From Alphaproteobacteria bacterium (GTDB lineage: Bacteria; Pseudomonadota; Alphaproteobacteria; Rs-D84; CACZYB01), in contig JAEDDP010000004.1 of NCBI GenBank assembly GCA_016297965.1, positions 15,661 through 79,660 of the forward strand: 64,000 nt of DNA, read 5' to 3'. Below are positions 39,824 through 49,325 of this stretch, piece after piece; the first letter of the stretch is position 1; the number at the start of each line of letters is the position of its first letter. Made by a program: the position numbers and the translations under genes. The notes beneath the pieces were generated by a model that worked only from the letters and a program-made list of their open reading frames with translations, did no database searches and was not told the origin of the DNA.

Positions 39824-41839
39824 TTACATAAAATTATACGGATCAATATCAACCTTTAACTTCACGGACGAGGGAATATTTACCATGGAAACCCAACGTT
39901 TCAAAATGTCCTGTATTTTAATCTTTCGGTCAACCACCAACAAAAAACGCTTTCTGTAATTATTTTTAAGGTACGATAACGGCGAATCAATCGGACCATA
40001 CACCTGTATATTATCCAATCCAACCGGCATTTTTTGCCGTAATTTTGCACAAACATTTTCAAGGGCAAGTTTATTTTTTGATGAAAGGATAAGCGCCCCA
40101 AGCTTTGAAAAAGGTGGCATCATTGCATTTTGTCGGTCAATAAGTTCCTGTTTCACAAATGCTTCTCGGTCATTATTTTTAATCGCCTGCATCACCGAAT
40201 TTTCCGGATTATAGGTTTGTATTACCACATTTCCCTTTTTCACATCACGACCGGCACGACCGGAAACCTGTGTCAACAACTGAAATGTATTTTCATTTGC
40301 CCGCAAATCCGATGATGAAAAACTCATATCACCATCAACCACCCCAACCAAGGTAAGGTTCGGAAAATGATGTCCCTTCACCAATATCTGCGTTCCAATA
40401 ATAATATCAACTTCACTTTTCGCAATCTTTGAAATTATTTCATTAAGACGAGTTTGAGAAGTTATAATATCCGAAGATATTGTTTCAACACTCGCCGTTG
40501 GGAAACGATTTTTAACCTCTTCCTCAATTCGTTCAATCCCCGGTCCACAAAGCGTCCAGCTGTCCTCCGCCTGACATTTCGGACACACCTTTGGAAGTCG
40601 CATTGAATACCCGCAGTGATGACAACAACATCTGGTATCATCTTTGTTATGTGCAGTTAAATATACATTGCAATTCGGACATTGAATCCTGTGTCCACAC
40701 TTTCCACACAACACCAACGGAGCATACCCACGCCGATTTATATAAAGCATCACCTGTTCTTTGGCCGACAATTTTTCTTCTATCTGCTTCACAAGTATGG
40801 ATGAAAGCCACGCCTTTCCCCAACTTTCCTTTGCCGGTTGATTTTGCCTCATATCTATAAGTTCAACATCCGGCATAACCGCACTACCAAATCGGGATGT
40901 AAGTTTTACAACCGAATATTTGCCAAGGTTCACATTATTTATTGTTTCAATTGATGGGGTCGCCGATGCCAAAATAATTGGAATCTTATCAACCATAGAT
41001 TTAAGCACCGCCATATCGCGCCCCTGATAAATAACACCTTCTTCTTGTTTATACGAACCGTCATGTTCCTCATCAAGGACAATAAGTGAAAGATTTTTAT
41101 ATGGCAAAAATAAAGAAGATCTGGTTCCAACAATCACCCGCGCATCACCGGAAATAATCGCCTTCCAATTATCCCGACGTTGTGCCTTTGTCACACTACT
41201 GTGCCACAAAACCGGCAAAATTCCAAACCTGTCCTTAAATTTTGAAAGGAACTGTCCGGTCAACGATATTTCCGGAAGCATTATAAGAACCTGTGCTTCC
41301 GGCTTTTTTAATGCTTCATTTATCACATTAAAATAAACCTCGGTTTTACCACTTCCCGTTATTCCATCAAGAAGACTGACCGAAAAACCAGCCCCAAGTT
41401 TTTTTGATAAAACACCAACTGCATTTTTTTGTTCTGGGGATAATTCCGGCGAAACATAGGTCGGATTATAGTTTGTTTTTTTCACCCGTGGAATGGTTGA
41501 TGAAAAAACTTCATCAAATCCCATAACCATTTTTAACACATTTCCAACCTGCGTTAAATTATAATCGGCAACCCGCAAAACAAATTCAATTTGCGTTGGC
41601 AAAAGTTTATAATTTTTAACCTTTGAAATAATCTTCCTTACCCTTGAAATATCGTAATCTAAGGGTTCCTTTTTTTCGGAAAAAACAACACCAACTTCTT
41701 CTTTATTACGAAGGGGAACACGAACAAAATCACCAACACAAAGTTCCAAATTTTCCGGCACGATATAGTCATAACCATCACTTGCAAGTGGAAGTACTAC
41801 TTTAACTATATCACCACAAGAAAATTCAGTTTTTTCCAT
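39824..41839 (-). CDS. priA: Primosomal replication-restart helicase PriA
   Basis: GITGSGKTEVY Walker A, LDEEHD, and a Cys-rich zinc region CGKCGHRIQCPNCN...CHHCG...CPKCQ. Its start overlaps the queA stop (ATG/TAA share 1 nt). Confidence 0.95.
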   Translation of the reverse strand: MEKTEFSCGDIVKVVLPLASDGYDYIVPENLELCVGDFVRVPLRNKEEVGVVFSEKKEPLDYDISRVRKIISKVKNYKLLPTQIEFVLRVADYNLTQVGNVLKMVMGFDEVFSSTIPRVKKTNYNPTYVSPELSPEQKNAVGVLSKKLGAGFSVSLLDGITGSGKTEVYFNVINEALKKPEAQVLIMLPEISLTGQFLSKFKDRFGILPVLWHSSVTKAQRRDNWKAIISGDARVIVGTRSSLFLPYKNLSLIVLDEEHDGSYKQEEGVIYQGRDMAVLKSMVDKIPIILASATPSIETINNVNLGKYSVVKLTSRFGSAVMPDVELIDMRQNQPAKESWGKAWLSSILVKQIEEKLSAKEQVMLYINRRGYAPLVLCGKCGHRIQCPNCNVYLTAHNKDDTRCCCHHCGYSMRLPKVCPKCQAEDSWTLCGPGIERIEEEVKNRFPTASVETISSDIITSQTRLNEIISKIAKSEVDIIIGTQILVKGHHFPNLTLVGVVDGDMSFSSSDLRANENTFQLLTQVSGRAGRDVKKGNVVIQTYNPENSVMQAIKNNDREAFVKQELIDRQNAMMPPFSKLGALILSSKNKLALENVCAKLRQKMPVGLDNIQVYGPIDSPLSYLKNNYRKRFLLVVDRKIKIQDILKRWVSMVNIPSSVKLKVDIDPYNFM

Positions 41840-42867
41840 TAGTTATCTTTCCTTTTTAAAAGTGATGAATCACCATAAGAATAAAATCTATAACTATTTT
41901 CTTTTGCAAATTCGTATGCTTTTTTCATTTCATCCATACCGGCAAAAGCACTTACCAACATAAACAAAGTTGACTTTGGCAAATGGAAATTTGTCATCAA
42001 ATAATCAACTGATTTAAACACGTATGGTGGTGTTATAAAAATATCCGTTTCTTGTGCAAATGGATGTATAAATCCATCACTATCAACCGCCGATTCCAAC
42101 GACCGTAAAACAGTTGTTCCAACCGCAACAATTTTCTTTCCATCACGTTTTGCCTGATTTATTTTATCGGCAACTTCCTTTGTTATAACAACATATTCGG
42201 AATGCATTTTGTGATCCTTTGTATCTTCAACCTTTACCGGTTGAAAAGTACCTGCACCAACATGCAATGTAAGTTCAACTGTATCAATTCCTTTTTTATG
42301 AAGTTTTTGCAAAAGTTCATCTGTAAAATGAAGTCCGGCCGTCGGCGCCGCAACCGCCCCTTCCTCCTTTGCATACACTGTTTGATAACGTTCAAAATCT
42401 TCTGTTGTTGCCTCCCTTTTCAAATATGGTGGCAATGGAAGTGTCCCAATATGTGAAAGTACATCAAAAAATTCATGACCTGATTTATTGAATTGAAGTT
42501 CAACACCACTTTCACCTTGCTTTGATTTAACACGACCAACAAGCAATCCTTCACCAAACGAAATTTCATCACCTTCATGCAATTTTTTTGAATTTTTAAT
42601 AAATGCCAACCACGTATCCAATGCAATATTTTTGTGAAGTGTCACCTCAAAATGTCTTTCACCACATATACCAAAAATTCTTGCCGGAATAACCTTTGTA
42701 TTATTAAAAACCATCAACGTATTTTCAGGCAAAATATCAACCAAATCCTTTACCTGCTTGTTTTCAAGTTGAGGCACAAGTAAAAGTTTTGCCTCATCCC
42801 GCTTTGCAAGTGGAACCTTTGCAATAAATTTCTCTGGCAAATCAAAATCAAATAAATCTACACGCAT
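41839..42867 (-). CDS. queA: S-adenosylmethionine:tRNA ribosyltransferase-isomerase
   Basis: DFDLPEKFIAKVP N-terminus, TAGLHFT, and the typical 342-aa length. Confidence 0.93.
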   Translation of the reverse strand: MRVDLFDFDLPEKFIAKVPLAKRDEAKLLLVPQLENKQVKDLVDILPENTLMVFNNTKVIPARIFGICGERHFEVTLHKNIALDTWLAFIKNSKKLHEGDEISFGEGLLVGRVKSKQGESGVELQFNKSGHEFFDVLSHIGTLPLPPYLKREATTEDFERYQTVYAKEEGAVAAPTAGLHFTDELLQKLHKKGIDTVELTLHVGAGTFQPVKVEDTKDHKMHSEYVVITKEVADKINQAKRDGKKIVAVGTTVLRSLESAVDSDGFIHPFAQETDIFITPPYVFKSVDYLMTNFHLPKSTLFMLVSAFAGMDEMKKAYEFAKENSYRFYSYGDSSLLKRKDN

Positions 42868-42912
42868 AACAAAAACTCCTTTGTAAAGTATTATGGGAAA
42901 AACAAAAGCACA

Positions 42913-44169
42913 CTACTCCGCCAATATGCCATCAATCGCACGAGCAAAAGAATATGACATTTTTTCACGATACCATTTTTGATTAAGTTTCTTTTCTTCA
43001 TCCTTATTTGAAAGGAATCCTGCCTCAATCAAAACAGATGGAATTGATGAACGAAGTACAATAAACGGTGCCTCCCTGTGCGGATGATAAATACATGCCA
43101 CATCCTTTTTTATCTGGTCAACAACCGCATTCGCCAATTCAACCGATGCAATTTTCACCTGTGTTTGAAGCAAATCCCCCAAAATATTTTTTGTAACGGT
43201 ATCATAACCTTCAAATGAACCAATTCCCAACAAATCCGCAGCATTTTCCTTTTCCGCAATCTTTCTTGCCTCATCATCGGTCGCCTTTTCCGATAAGGTA
43301 TAAATGGAAAATCCATTCGTCTTTTTATTCGGACTACTATTTAAATGAATTGATATAAATATTGATGCACTATTCCGTTCTGCAATCTTTGCCCGATCCT
43401 GTAATTGAATAAAGGTATCATCATCACGTGTCAAAATAACCTTGTAATTCGGATTTTTCGCCAAAATATCACGAAGTTGTTTTGCAAGAGCAAGCGCAAT
43501 AGTCTTTTCATAGGTACCACCAGAACCTATTGTTCCTGGGTCCTTTCCTCCATGTCCCGCATCAATAACAATTATCTTTTTACTTTGATTATTCACTGGC
43601 TTTACATTCTTTTTTCCAGTATTTGATGATGTTTTATTTGAAACAACTTTATTATTAACCACCTTTTTATTTGATAAAAAGACTTCCTCCTCAACAACAT
43701 TTTCTTTTTTTGAAGAAGACTTTGCCCCACCGGCAAGCTTTGAAAATTCATCACCCGAAGCCTGTTCCAAATCCAAAACCAACCTGTAATTTGCACCATC
43801 CTTTATCGGATTAAGCACAAAATTTTTCTTCACCTTTGCAGTATTTGATAAATGAAGTGCAATTTGCGATGTCTTACCATCACCCGATGAAACCTTTACA
43901 TCAGAAATAAATCCGGACTTCACACTGTCCTTTTTCACATCATCAACATCCAAATTTGAAATATCAATAACAACCCGACGTGGATTATCAAGATATGATA
44001 TATTGTAAAGTGATTTTTCCTTTGTTTCCAAAACGAACCTTGAAACATTACCCGGTTGGATTCCGGTACGTAAAACTATTGCCTTATTTTTTGCAAATAA
44101 TTCGCCGGAAAAAACAAAAATTGACAAAGCAATCCAAAATATTCCAACTATGCGTCTAAACACTCTCAC
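42913..44169 (-). CDS. N-acetylmuramoyl-L-alanine amidase with N-terminal AMIN domain (AmiC type)
   Basis: Signal peptide, an AMIN-like RFVLETKEKSLYNISYLDNPRRVVIDISNL, and Amidase_3 motifs IVIDAGHGGKDPG...EKTIALALA...ISIHLNS. Confidence 0.88.
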   Translation of the reverse strand: MRVFRRIVGIFWIALSIFVFSGELFAKNKAIVLRTGIQPGNVSRFVLETKEKSLYNISYLDNPRRVVIDISNLDVDDVKKDSVKSGFISDVKVSSGDGKTSQIALHLSNTAKVKKNFVLNPIKDGANYRLVLDLEQASGDEFSKLAGGAKSSSKKENVVEEEVFLSNKKVVNNKVVSNKTSSNTGKKNVKPVNNQSKKIIVIDAGHGGKDPGTIGSGGTYEKTIALALAKQLRDILAKNPNYKVILTRDDDTFIQLQDRAKIAERNSASIFISIHLNSSPNKKTNGFSIYTLSEKATDDEARKIAEKENAADLLGIGSFEGYDTVTKNILGDLLQTQVKIASVELANAVVDQIKKDVACIYHPHREAPFIVLRSSIPSVLIEAGFLSNKDEEKKLNQKWYREKMSYSFARAIDGILAE

Positions 44170-44249
44170 AATAAAATCCCCAAATGAAAAATTTCCTTTA
44201 AAGTATATAACATATATAAAAAATTAAAAGGAAAAAAACAATAAAAAAC

Positions 44250-44278
44250 TTGTAATATTTTCTTTATTAAAGTATAAT
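44250..44278 (+). promoter_or_regulatory. sigma70-like promoter for rne, implying a ~220-nt 5' UTR
   Basis: TTGTAA (44250..44255), a 17-nt spacer, then TATAAT (44273..44278). The start codon is at 44507. Confidence 0.5.
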
Positions 44279-44506
44279 GTACGGCAGTTAAATAAAAATA
44301 AGAAGATTTTGCTCTTAATATGATAAAAACGTTTTCAAAATTTCTAAAAAAGTTGGCAAAAACATTAAATGGTGATGTTTTTGATATGGCTTTTTGTTTA
44401 TTTAACCTTTCGGATACCCTTGTTTGCGAATATGCGACTGGGTACACATTGAACTCACAAAATTTATATACAGAAGAAAAAAATAAAAATTGGAGAATTA
44501 TAAAAA

Positions 44507-46294
44507 ATGACAAAGAAAATATTGATAGATGCTACTTATTCCGAGGAAACTCGCGTAGCTATTACAGAAAATAATATATTAGAAGATTTTGAAGTTGAAT
44601 CCATATCAAAAAAGGAAATAAAGGGAAACATATATTTGGCAAAGGTGATTCGTGTTGAACCATCATTGCAATCTGCATTTGTTGAATACGGCGGAATTAA
44701 ACACGGTTTTCTTCCATTTTCTGAAATCCATCCTGATTATTTTCAAATTCCAATTGAGGACAAAAAGGCATTACTTATAAACTCATCAGATGTTGATGAA
44801 GAAAGTGAGGAGGATGCGGAGGCAACCGGTGTTGAAATATTCTCTGATGATGAGGATGAATTGGCCGAAAAACAGGCGGAAGAAAAAAGAAAACTCCTTA
44901 TGAAAAAATATAAAATACAGGAAGTTATCAAATCCGGTCAAATCCTTCTTATTCAGGTTGAAAAGGAAGAACGTGGAAACAAGGGTGCCGCAATCACAAC
45001 CTACATTTCACTTGCCGGTCGTTATTGTGTCCTTATGCCAAACAGCAACAAACGCGTAAAATATGGCGTTTCAAGAAAAATTCCATACGGCGAGGAAAGA
45101 AAGGAACTTAAAAATATATTAAAAGATCTTCCAATTCCAGAAGGTATGACCGTTATTGCAAGAACTGCTGGATGCAACCGTTCATATAAGGAAATTTTAA
45201 GTGATTATAACTACCTTACCGGACTTTGGAATGAAATAAGGAAAACAACACTTGCATCAACTGCACCTGCCCTTATTCACGAAGAAAGCGATTTGTTAAG
45301 ACGTACAATCCGTGATATGTATAAACCTGATTTTGAAGAAATTTTAATTGAAGGTGATGAAGGTTATAAACAGGCGATTGAGTTTGCAAAACACATTGGT
45401 TTTGATGAACTTAAAAAGATTAAAAAATATGAAGGTAAGGCTCCAATATTCATTGAAAACAAGATTGAAGCACAGTTGGAGGCCGTACAAAACCCTGTTG
45501 TGAAACTTCCATCCGGCGGTTACCTTGTTATAAATCCAACCGAAGCATTAACTGCAATTGATGTTAACTCCGGTCGTGCAACAAAGGAAAGAAATATTGA
45601 GGAAACTGCCCTTAAAACAAACATTGAATCCGCAATTGAAATTGGTCGTCAGCTTCGTCTTCGCGATATGGGCGGACTTGTAGTTGTGGACTTTATTGAT
45701 ATGGTTGACCCAAAGCACAACCAAGCTGTTGAACAAAAAATGCGTGAAGCATTAAAAAAGGACCGTGCAAAGGTTCAAATGGCAAAACTTTCTCAATTCG
45801 GTTTGATGGAAATTTCCCGTCAAAGACTTCGCCCAAGTTTCCTTGAAGTAAGTCATAAGGTTTGCCCTCACTGTCTTGGCACCGGATTCGTTCCATCCGT
45901 TCAGACTGCATCAATCAATTTGTTAAGACATATTGAGGAAGAACTTCTCAAAAAACCGGCAAAAAGAATTTACGTTGCGATTCCATCGGATGTTGCACTG
46001 TACACACTTAACCAAAAACGTGATGACTTGCTTGAACTTGAACAAAGATATGATACAAGTATCATCATAAACGGCGATGACAATATTTTGAATGACAAGT
46101 CATACTTGCTTGAAAAGATGGATCTTGACCGAAAACTTGGTACATATTTCCGTGAAAAGGAACCTGTAAACACAAAGTTCCGTAATGACAGCACGAAACA
46201 ACGTAATCAGGAACTAATCAAAAAAAGTCCCGCAAATAAACTTCAACGAACAAAGAAAAGTAAAAAGGGATTTTGGGCAAAATTGTTTAGTTAA
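44507..46294 (+). CDS. rne: Ribonuclease E/G family endoribonuclease
   Basis: S1 domain GNIYLAKVIRVEPSLQSAFVEYG interrupted by an acidic insert (DVDEESEEDAEATGVEIFSDDEDE), DVNSGR, and the Zn-link CPHCLGTG. It is short (595 aa) and has no long scaffold tail. Confidence 0.85.
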   Translation: MTKKILIDATYSEETRVAITENNILEDFEVESISKKEIKGNIYLAKVIRVEPSLQSAFVEYGGIKHGFLPFSEIHPDYFQIPIEDKKALLINSSDVDEESEEDAEATGVEIFSDDEDELAEKQAEEKRKLLMKKYKIQEVIKSGQILLIQVEKEERGNKGAAITTYISLAGRYCVLMPNSNKRVKYGVSRKIPYGEERKELKNILKDLPIPEGMTVIARTAGCNRSYKEILSDYNYLTGLWNEIRKTTLASTAPALIHEESDLLRRTIRDMYKPDFEEILIEGDEGYKQAIEFAKHIGFDELKKIKKYEGKAPIFIENKIEAQLEAVQNPVVKLPSGGYLVINPTEALTAIDVNSGRATKERNIEETALKTNIESAIEIGRQLRLRDMGGLVVVDFIDMVDPKHNQAVEQKMREALKKDRAKVQMAKLSQFGLMEISRQRLRPSFLEVSHKVCPHCLGTGFVPSVQTASINLLRHIEEELLKKPAKRIYVAIPSDVALYTLNQKRDDLLELEQRYDTSIIINGDDNILNDKSYLLEKMDLDRKLGTYFREKEPVNTKFRNDSTKQRNQELIKKSPANKLQRTKKSKKGFWAKLFS

Positions 46295-46305
46295 AGAAAG
46301 ATAAA

Positions 46306-46330
46306 GGGGAAAGTAAAATTTCCCCTTTTT
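46306..46330. terminator. Bidirectional intrinsic terminator after rne
   Basis: GGGGAAA-gtaaaa-TTTCCCC followed by T5, with an A-run on the other side. Confidence 0.75.
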
Positions 46331-46349
46331 AATTTCGTTCATACAAAAC

Positions 46350-46711
46350 TTATTTTTGATTTTGAATAAGGTTTTGAATTTCAATTTCAAACACCCTTCC
46401 CCTAATTCGTTTAATTTTTTCAAACAACTTTTTCTGTTTCTTTTCCAATGCGGTATTAAATGAATCTTCCATTTCATCCATTATTTTATCGTAATAATCG
46501 CGCGGTCCGGAACACAACTCCGCCAACTCCTTTTCATCTCGCATATAAGAAATCAATGCAGAATATTTTGCAAAAAGTTTTTCAAATTTTTTTTAAAAGC
46601 AAATCTTCCTTTTTCCGCATCCGTGGATTTTGGACTTCGGGAAATTGCCCTCTGTTCGCCATATACATATCAAAAATTCTTTTTTTCTTCTGCACTAAAA
46701 ACTTTTTTCAT
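46350..46711 (-). pseudogene. Small gene interrupted by two frameshifts at homopolymer runs (or assembly indels)
   Basis: ATG at 46711 with GGGG as SD. The reading frame breaks at the A7 run (46686..46680) and again at the A8 run (46594..46587). The third segment is the 68-aa track ORF 46350..46556. Confidence 0.35.
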
Positions 46712-46860
46712 TTTAACCCCATAATTTTTATTTAGATTTATTTTAGACTTAAAATATAAAATTGTTAATCATTCAATTTATAAGCAATAAAGAAACTTAT
46801 CCTATTGACTTTATTGGGAAAAGTTGGAATATTTTTTACACTTAATGAAAGGAGATTAAA

Positions 46861-47412
46861 ATGAAAAGTTTTAACAAAATGCTTTACGAAACAATAAAAA
46901 ATTTGAATATCAGCAAAAAAGATTACATCCAACTTTTAACTCTGTTACACGACCTTATAAATATCGGCAAAGAAAAAGAAAAGCTTGAAATTGAAATACA
47001 AAAATTAAAAAGGGAACTTTGGTTCATATCATCCCAAAACCAAAGAGAATATGCAAAATCATTAAATTTCACACTTGACGAAAAATACAATGGCAAAAAG
47101 ATTGATTTAATAAAAAGGGAACTTTTTACTCGCGAACAAATTTTTCACATAATTTCTCAAAATGAAAAAATTCAGGATTTAAAATCATCAATAATAAAGC
47201 CAACCAAAAACATAAAATCACTTAATCACGAATTGGAACTCCGCCTTAACGAAATCAAAAAATTAAACGAAGATTTAATCTTTTATAATCCGGTAGACCT
47301 TGAGAAAAATCACATAAAGAATTACATAAATAGGGTAAAAAGAACCGAACTTCCAAAAATAAAGGAAAAAATTTTGATTGAAGAATACAAAATTGCCACC
47401 CGCACAAGATAG
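46861..47412 (+). CDS. Hypothetical coiled-coil protein (183 aa)
   Basis: SD AGGAGA upstream of the ATG. Lys/Glu-rich heptad-like sequence with no known motif. Confidence 0.5.
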   Translation: MKSFNKMLYETIKNLNISKKDYIQLLTLLHDLINIGKEKEKLEIEIQKLKRELWFISSQNQREYAKSLNFTLDEKYNGKKIDLIKRELFTREQIFHIISQNEKIQDLKSSIIKPTKNIKSLNHELELRLNEIKKLNEDLIFYNPVDLEKNHIKNYINRVKRTELPKIKEKILIEEYKIATRTR

Positions 47413-47423
47413 CCACCACACAC

Positions 47424-47453
47424 AAAAAACAGGGAGCAAATAAATACTCCCTG
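47424..47453 (-). terminator. Intrinsic terminator after rpoZ
   Basis: CAGGGAG/CTCCCTG stem (47430..47453), followed by T6 on the minus strand. Confidence 0.75.
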
Positions 47454-47479
47454 TATCCATTCAAACAAAAACTTATATT

Positions 47480-47842
47480 TTATGCGATTGTATTTTGAAG
47501 ATCCTCTTCGGATACATTATTAAGTTCTTGGTTTTCATCTTGGAACACACTATCACCCATAAGTTCCTTTTCAATAAATTCCAATTCCTTATTACTGTCT
47601 TCTGTATCCTTAAATGCGATATTGCGACGGAAACCAAGTATTGCTTCACCTTTCAATCTTGCAATATCAACCTTATTTTCTTCAATTTCGCGAAGAGCAA
47701 CTACTGTATTTTTATCATCATCCCTTTTTACCATAGCGGGTGAACCATTGCAAAGTTCCTTTGCCCTTTCGGATGCAACGATAACAAGTTCAAACCTATC
47801 GTTCACTTTATCTATACAATTTTCAACAGTAACTCTTGCCAT
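47480..47842 (-). CDS. rpoZ: DNA-directed RNA polymerase omega subunit
   Basis: MARVTVENCIDKVNDRFELVIVASERAKEL. Confidence 0.9.
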   Translation of the reverse strand: MARVTVENCIDKVNDRFELVIVASERAKELCNGSPAMVKRDDDKNTVVALREIEENKVDIARLKGEAILGFRRNIAFKDTEDSNKELEFIEKELMGDSVFQDENQELNNVSEEDLQNTIA

Positions 47843-47935
47843 TTTAAAAACTCCTATTATAATGTATTGAATAGTTTATACATTAAATTTGTAATCTTTG
47901 CAAGATTTTTTTTGAATATTTTTAAAGGTAGGTAA

Positions 47936-49222
47936 ATGGACGAAGTAAAAGTAATAACATTCGGATGTAGACTTAATATTTTTGAATCAGAAATCATTCG
48001 TAAACGAGTTCAAAAGGCAGGCATAAAAAATGCCATTGTCGTACACACCTGTGCCGTTACAAGTGAGGCTGAACGTCAGGCAAAACAACAAATTCATAAA
48101 ATAATAAAGGAAAATCCAGACGCAAAAATAATCCTTACCGGATGTTCCGCACAAAATTCATGGCAAAATTATAAGGACAACCAAAACATTTTTGCAATCC
48201 TTGGGAATAAGGAAAAACTTTCACAACAATATTATAATGAATTGGCAATACTTACCCAAAAGGATGCACCCCACATATATGTTGGCGAAATCCTTACCAA
48301 TCCACCAGAAATGATTGAGGTACAACCAAAGGACGACCTTTTCAAATTTGATGGAAAAACAAAGGCATTCGTTCAAATACAACAAGGTTGCAATAACCGT
48401 TGCACCTATTGTGTTGTGCCATTTGTCCGCGGTAAAAACCAAAGTTTTTCCGAAAAAAGCATACTTAACCAATGCAAAACATTTATAAAGGAAGGATACA
48501 AGGAAATAATCCTTACGGGTGTTGATATTGCCGCATACGGTTCGGATACAAAAAACAAATCACTGTTTGGATTGGTAAAAAAAATTCTTGATACCTTTCC
48601 AAAACTTCAACGACTTCGCCTATCATCAATTGATCCGGCAAAAAGTTATGACCAAATATTGGGATTGATGAAACTTGACAGACGACTTATGCCACATTTT
48701 CACCTTTCAATTCAGGCCGGCGATGACAAGGTTTTAAACGATATGCGCCGTCGTCATAATCGTGAAGATATAATAAGCTTATGCAAAAAAATTCACCGTG
48801 CGAATAAAAATTCCGCCATCGGAGCGGACATAATTGTTGGTTTTCCAGGTGAAACCGAAAAGGAGTTTGAAAATACGTATAAGCTTGTCAAAAAATGCAA
48901 CATCACCCACCTTCACGTATTTCCATATTCAATTCGTCCGGGTACAGTTGCCGCAAAAATGCAAAACCAAATTAACGGCAATGTAAAAAAGGAACGGGCA
49001 AAAAAGCTTCGTGAACTTGGAGATAAATTAAAATACAAATTTATCAAAAGCCAAAAGGGAAAGAAAACAACTGTCCTTGTTGAAAACAAAAATCAAGGTT
49101 ATACAGAAAATTATATCTTTGTAAATATAGAGGGTGACCCAATCCCAAACAATACCATTGTAAATGTAAAAATTACAAAGGTTGAAAAGGACGGTACCGC
49201 CTACGCAAGGGTTATAAAATAA
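47936..49222 (+). CDS. mtaB: Radical-SAM methylthiotransferase, MtaB/MiaB-like tRNA-modifying enzyme
   Basis: N-terminal UPF0004 domain (TFGCRLNIFESE), radical SAM CNNRCTYCVVP, and a C-terminal TRAM-like segment. Confidence 0.8.
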   Translation: MDEVKVITFGCRLNIFESEIIRKRVQKAGIKNAIVVHTCAVTSEAERQAKQQIHKIIKENPDAKIILTGCSAQNSWQNYKDNQNIFAILGNKEKLSQQYYNELAILTQKDAPHIYVGEILTNPPEMIEVQPKDDLFKFDGKTKAFVQIQQGCNNRCTYCVVPFVRGKNQSFSEKSILNQCKTFIKEGYKEIILTGVDIAAYGSDTKNKSLFGLVKKILDTFPKLQRLRLSSIDPAKSYDQILGLMKLDRRLMPHFHLSIQAGDDKVLNDMRRRHNREDIISLCKKIHRANKNSAIGADIIVGFPGETEKEFENTYKLVKKCNITHLHVFPYSIRPGTVAAKMQNQINGNVKKERAKKLRELGDKLKYKFIKSQKGKKTTVLVENKNQGYTENYIFVNIEGDPIPNNTIVNVKITKVEKDGTAYARVIK

Positions 49223-49223
49223 A

Positions 49224-49325
49224 CCCTTGCATTATTTCACGAATCGTGATATTATACTTATATACATTGATGATAGATAACTTAATAACACTTTGGAAGG
49301 GTGATAACCTTTAAAGTGATTTTTT
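49224..49325 (+). repeat. Copy 3 of the ~102-nt intergenic element (candidate sRNA unit)
   Basis: TTGCAT 49227..49232, a 17-nt spacer with TCACGA-A-TCGTGA, TATTAT 49250..49255, hairpin 49289..49318, and T6 at 49320..49325. It starts 1 nt after the mtaB stop. Confidence 0.85.

Noticed and set aside
44166-44513. The 115-aa minus-strand ORF and the 84-aa plus-strand ORF (44320..44574) in the amidase-rne intergenic region.
   Set aside because: The composition is low-complexity and Phe/Leu/Tyr/Asn-rich, typical of AT-rich non-coding DNA. There is no SD, and both ORFs overlap the predicted rne promoter and leader.
49267-49311. A 14-codon ORF (MIDNLITLWKGDNL) inside the repeated element, which would suggest a small peptide or type I toxin.
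   Set aside because: The frame is not conserved between copies. Copy 4 has a 1-nt deletion that gives MIDNL-stop, and copy 2 stops after 8 codons. No SD precedes the ATG. An RNA-level function fits better.
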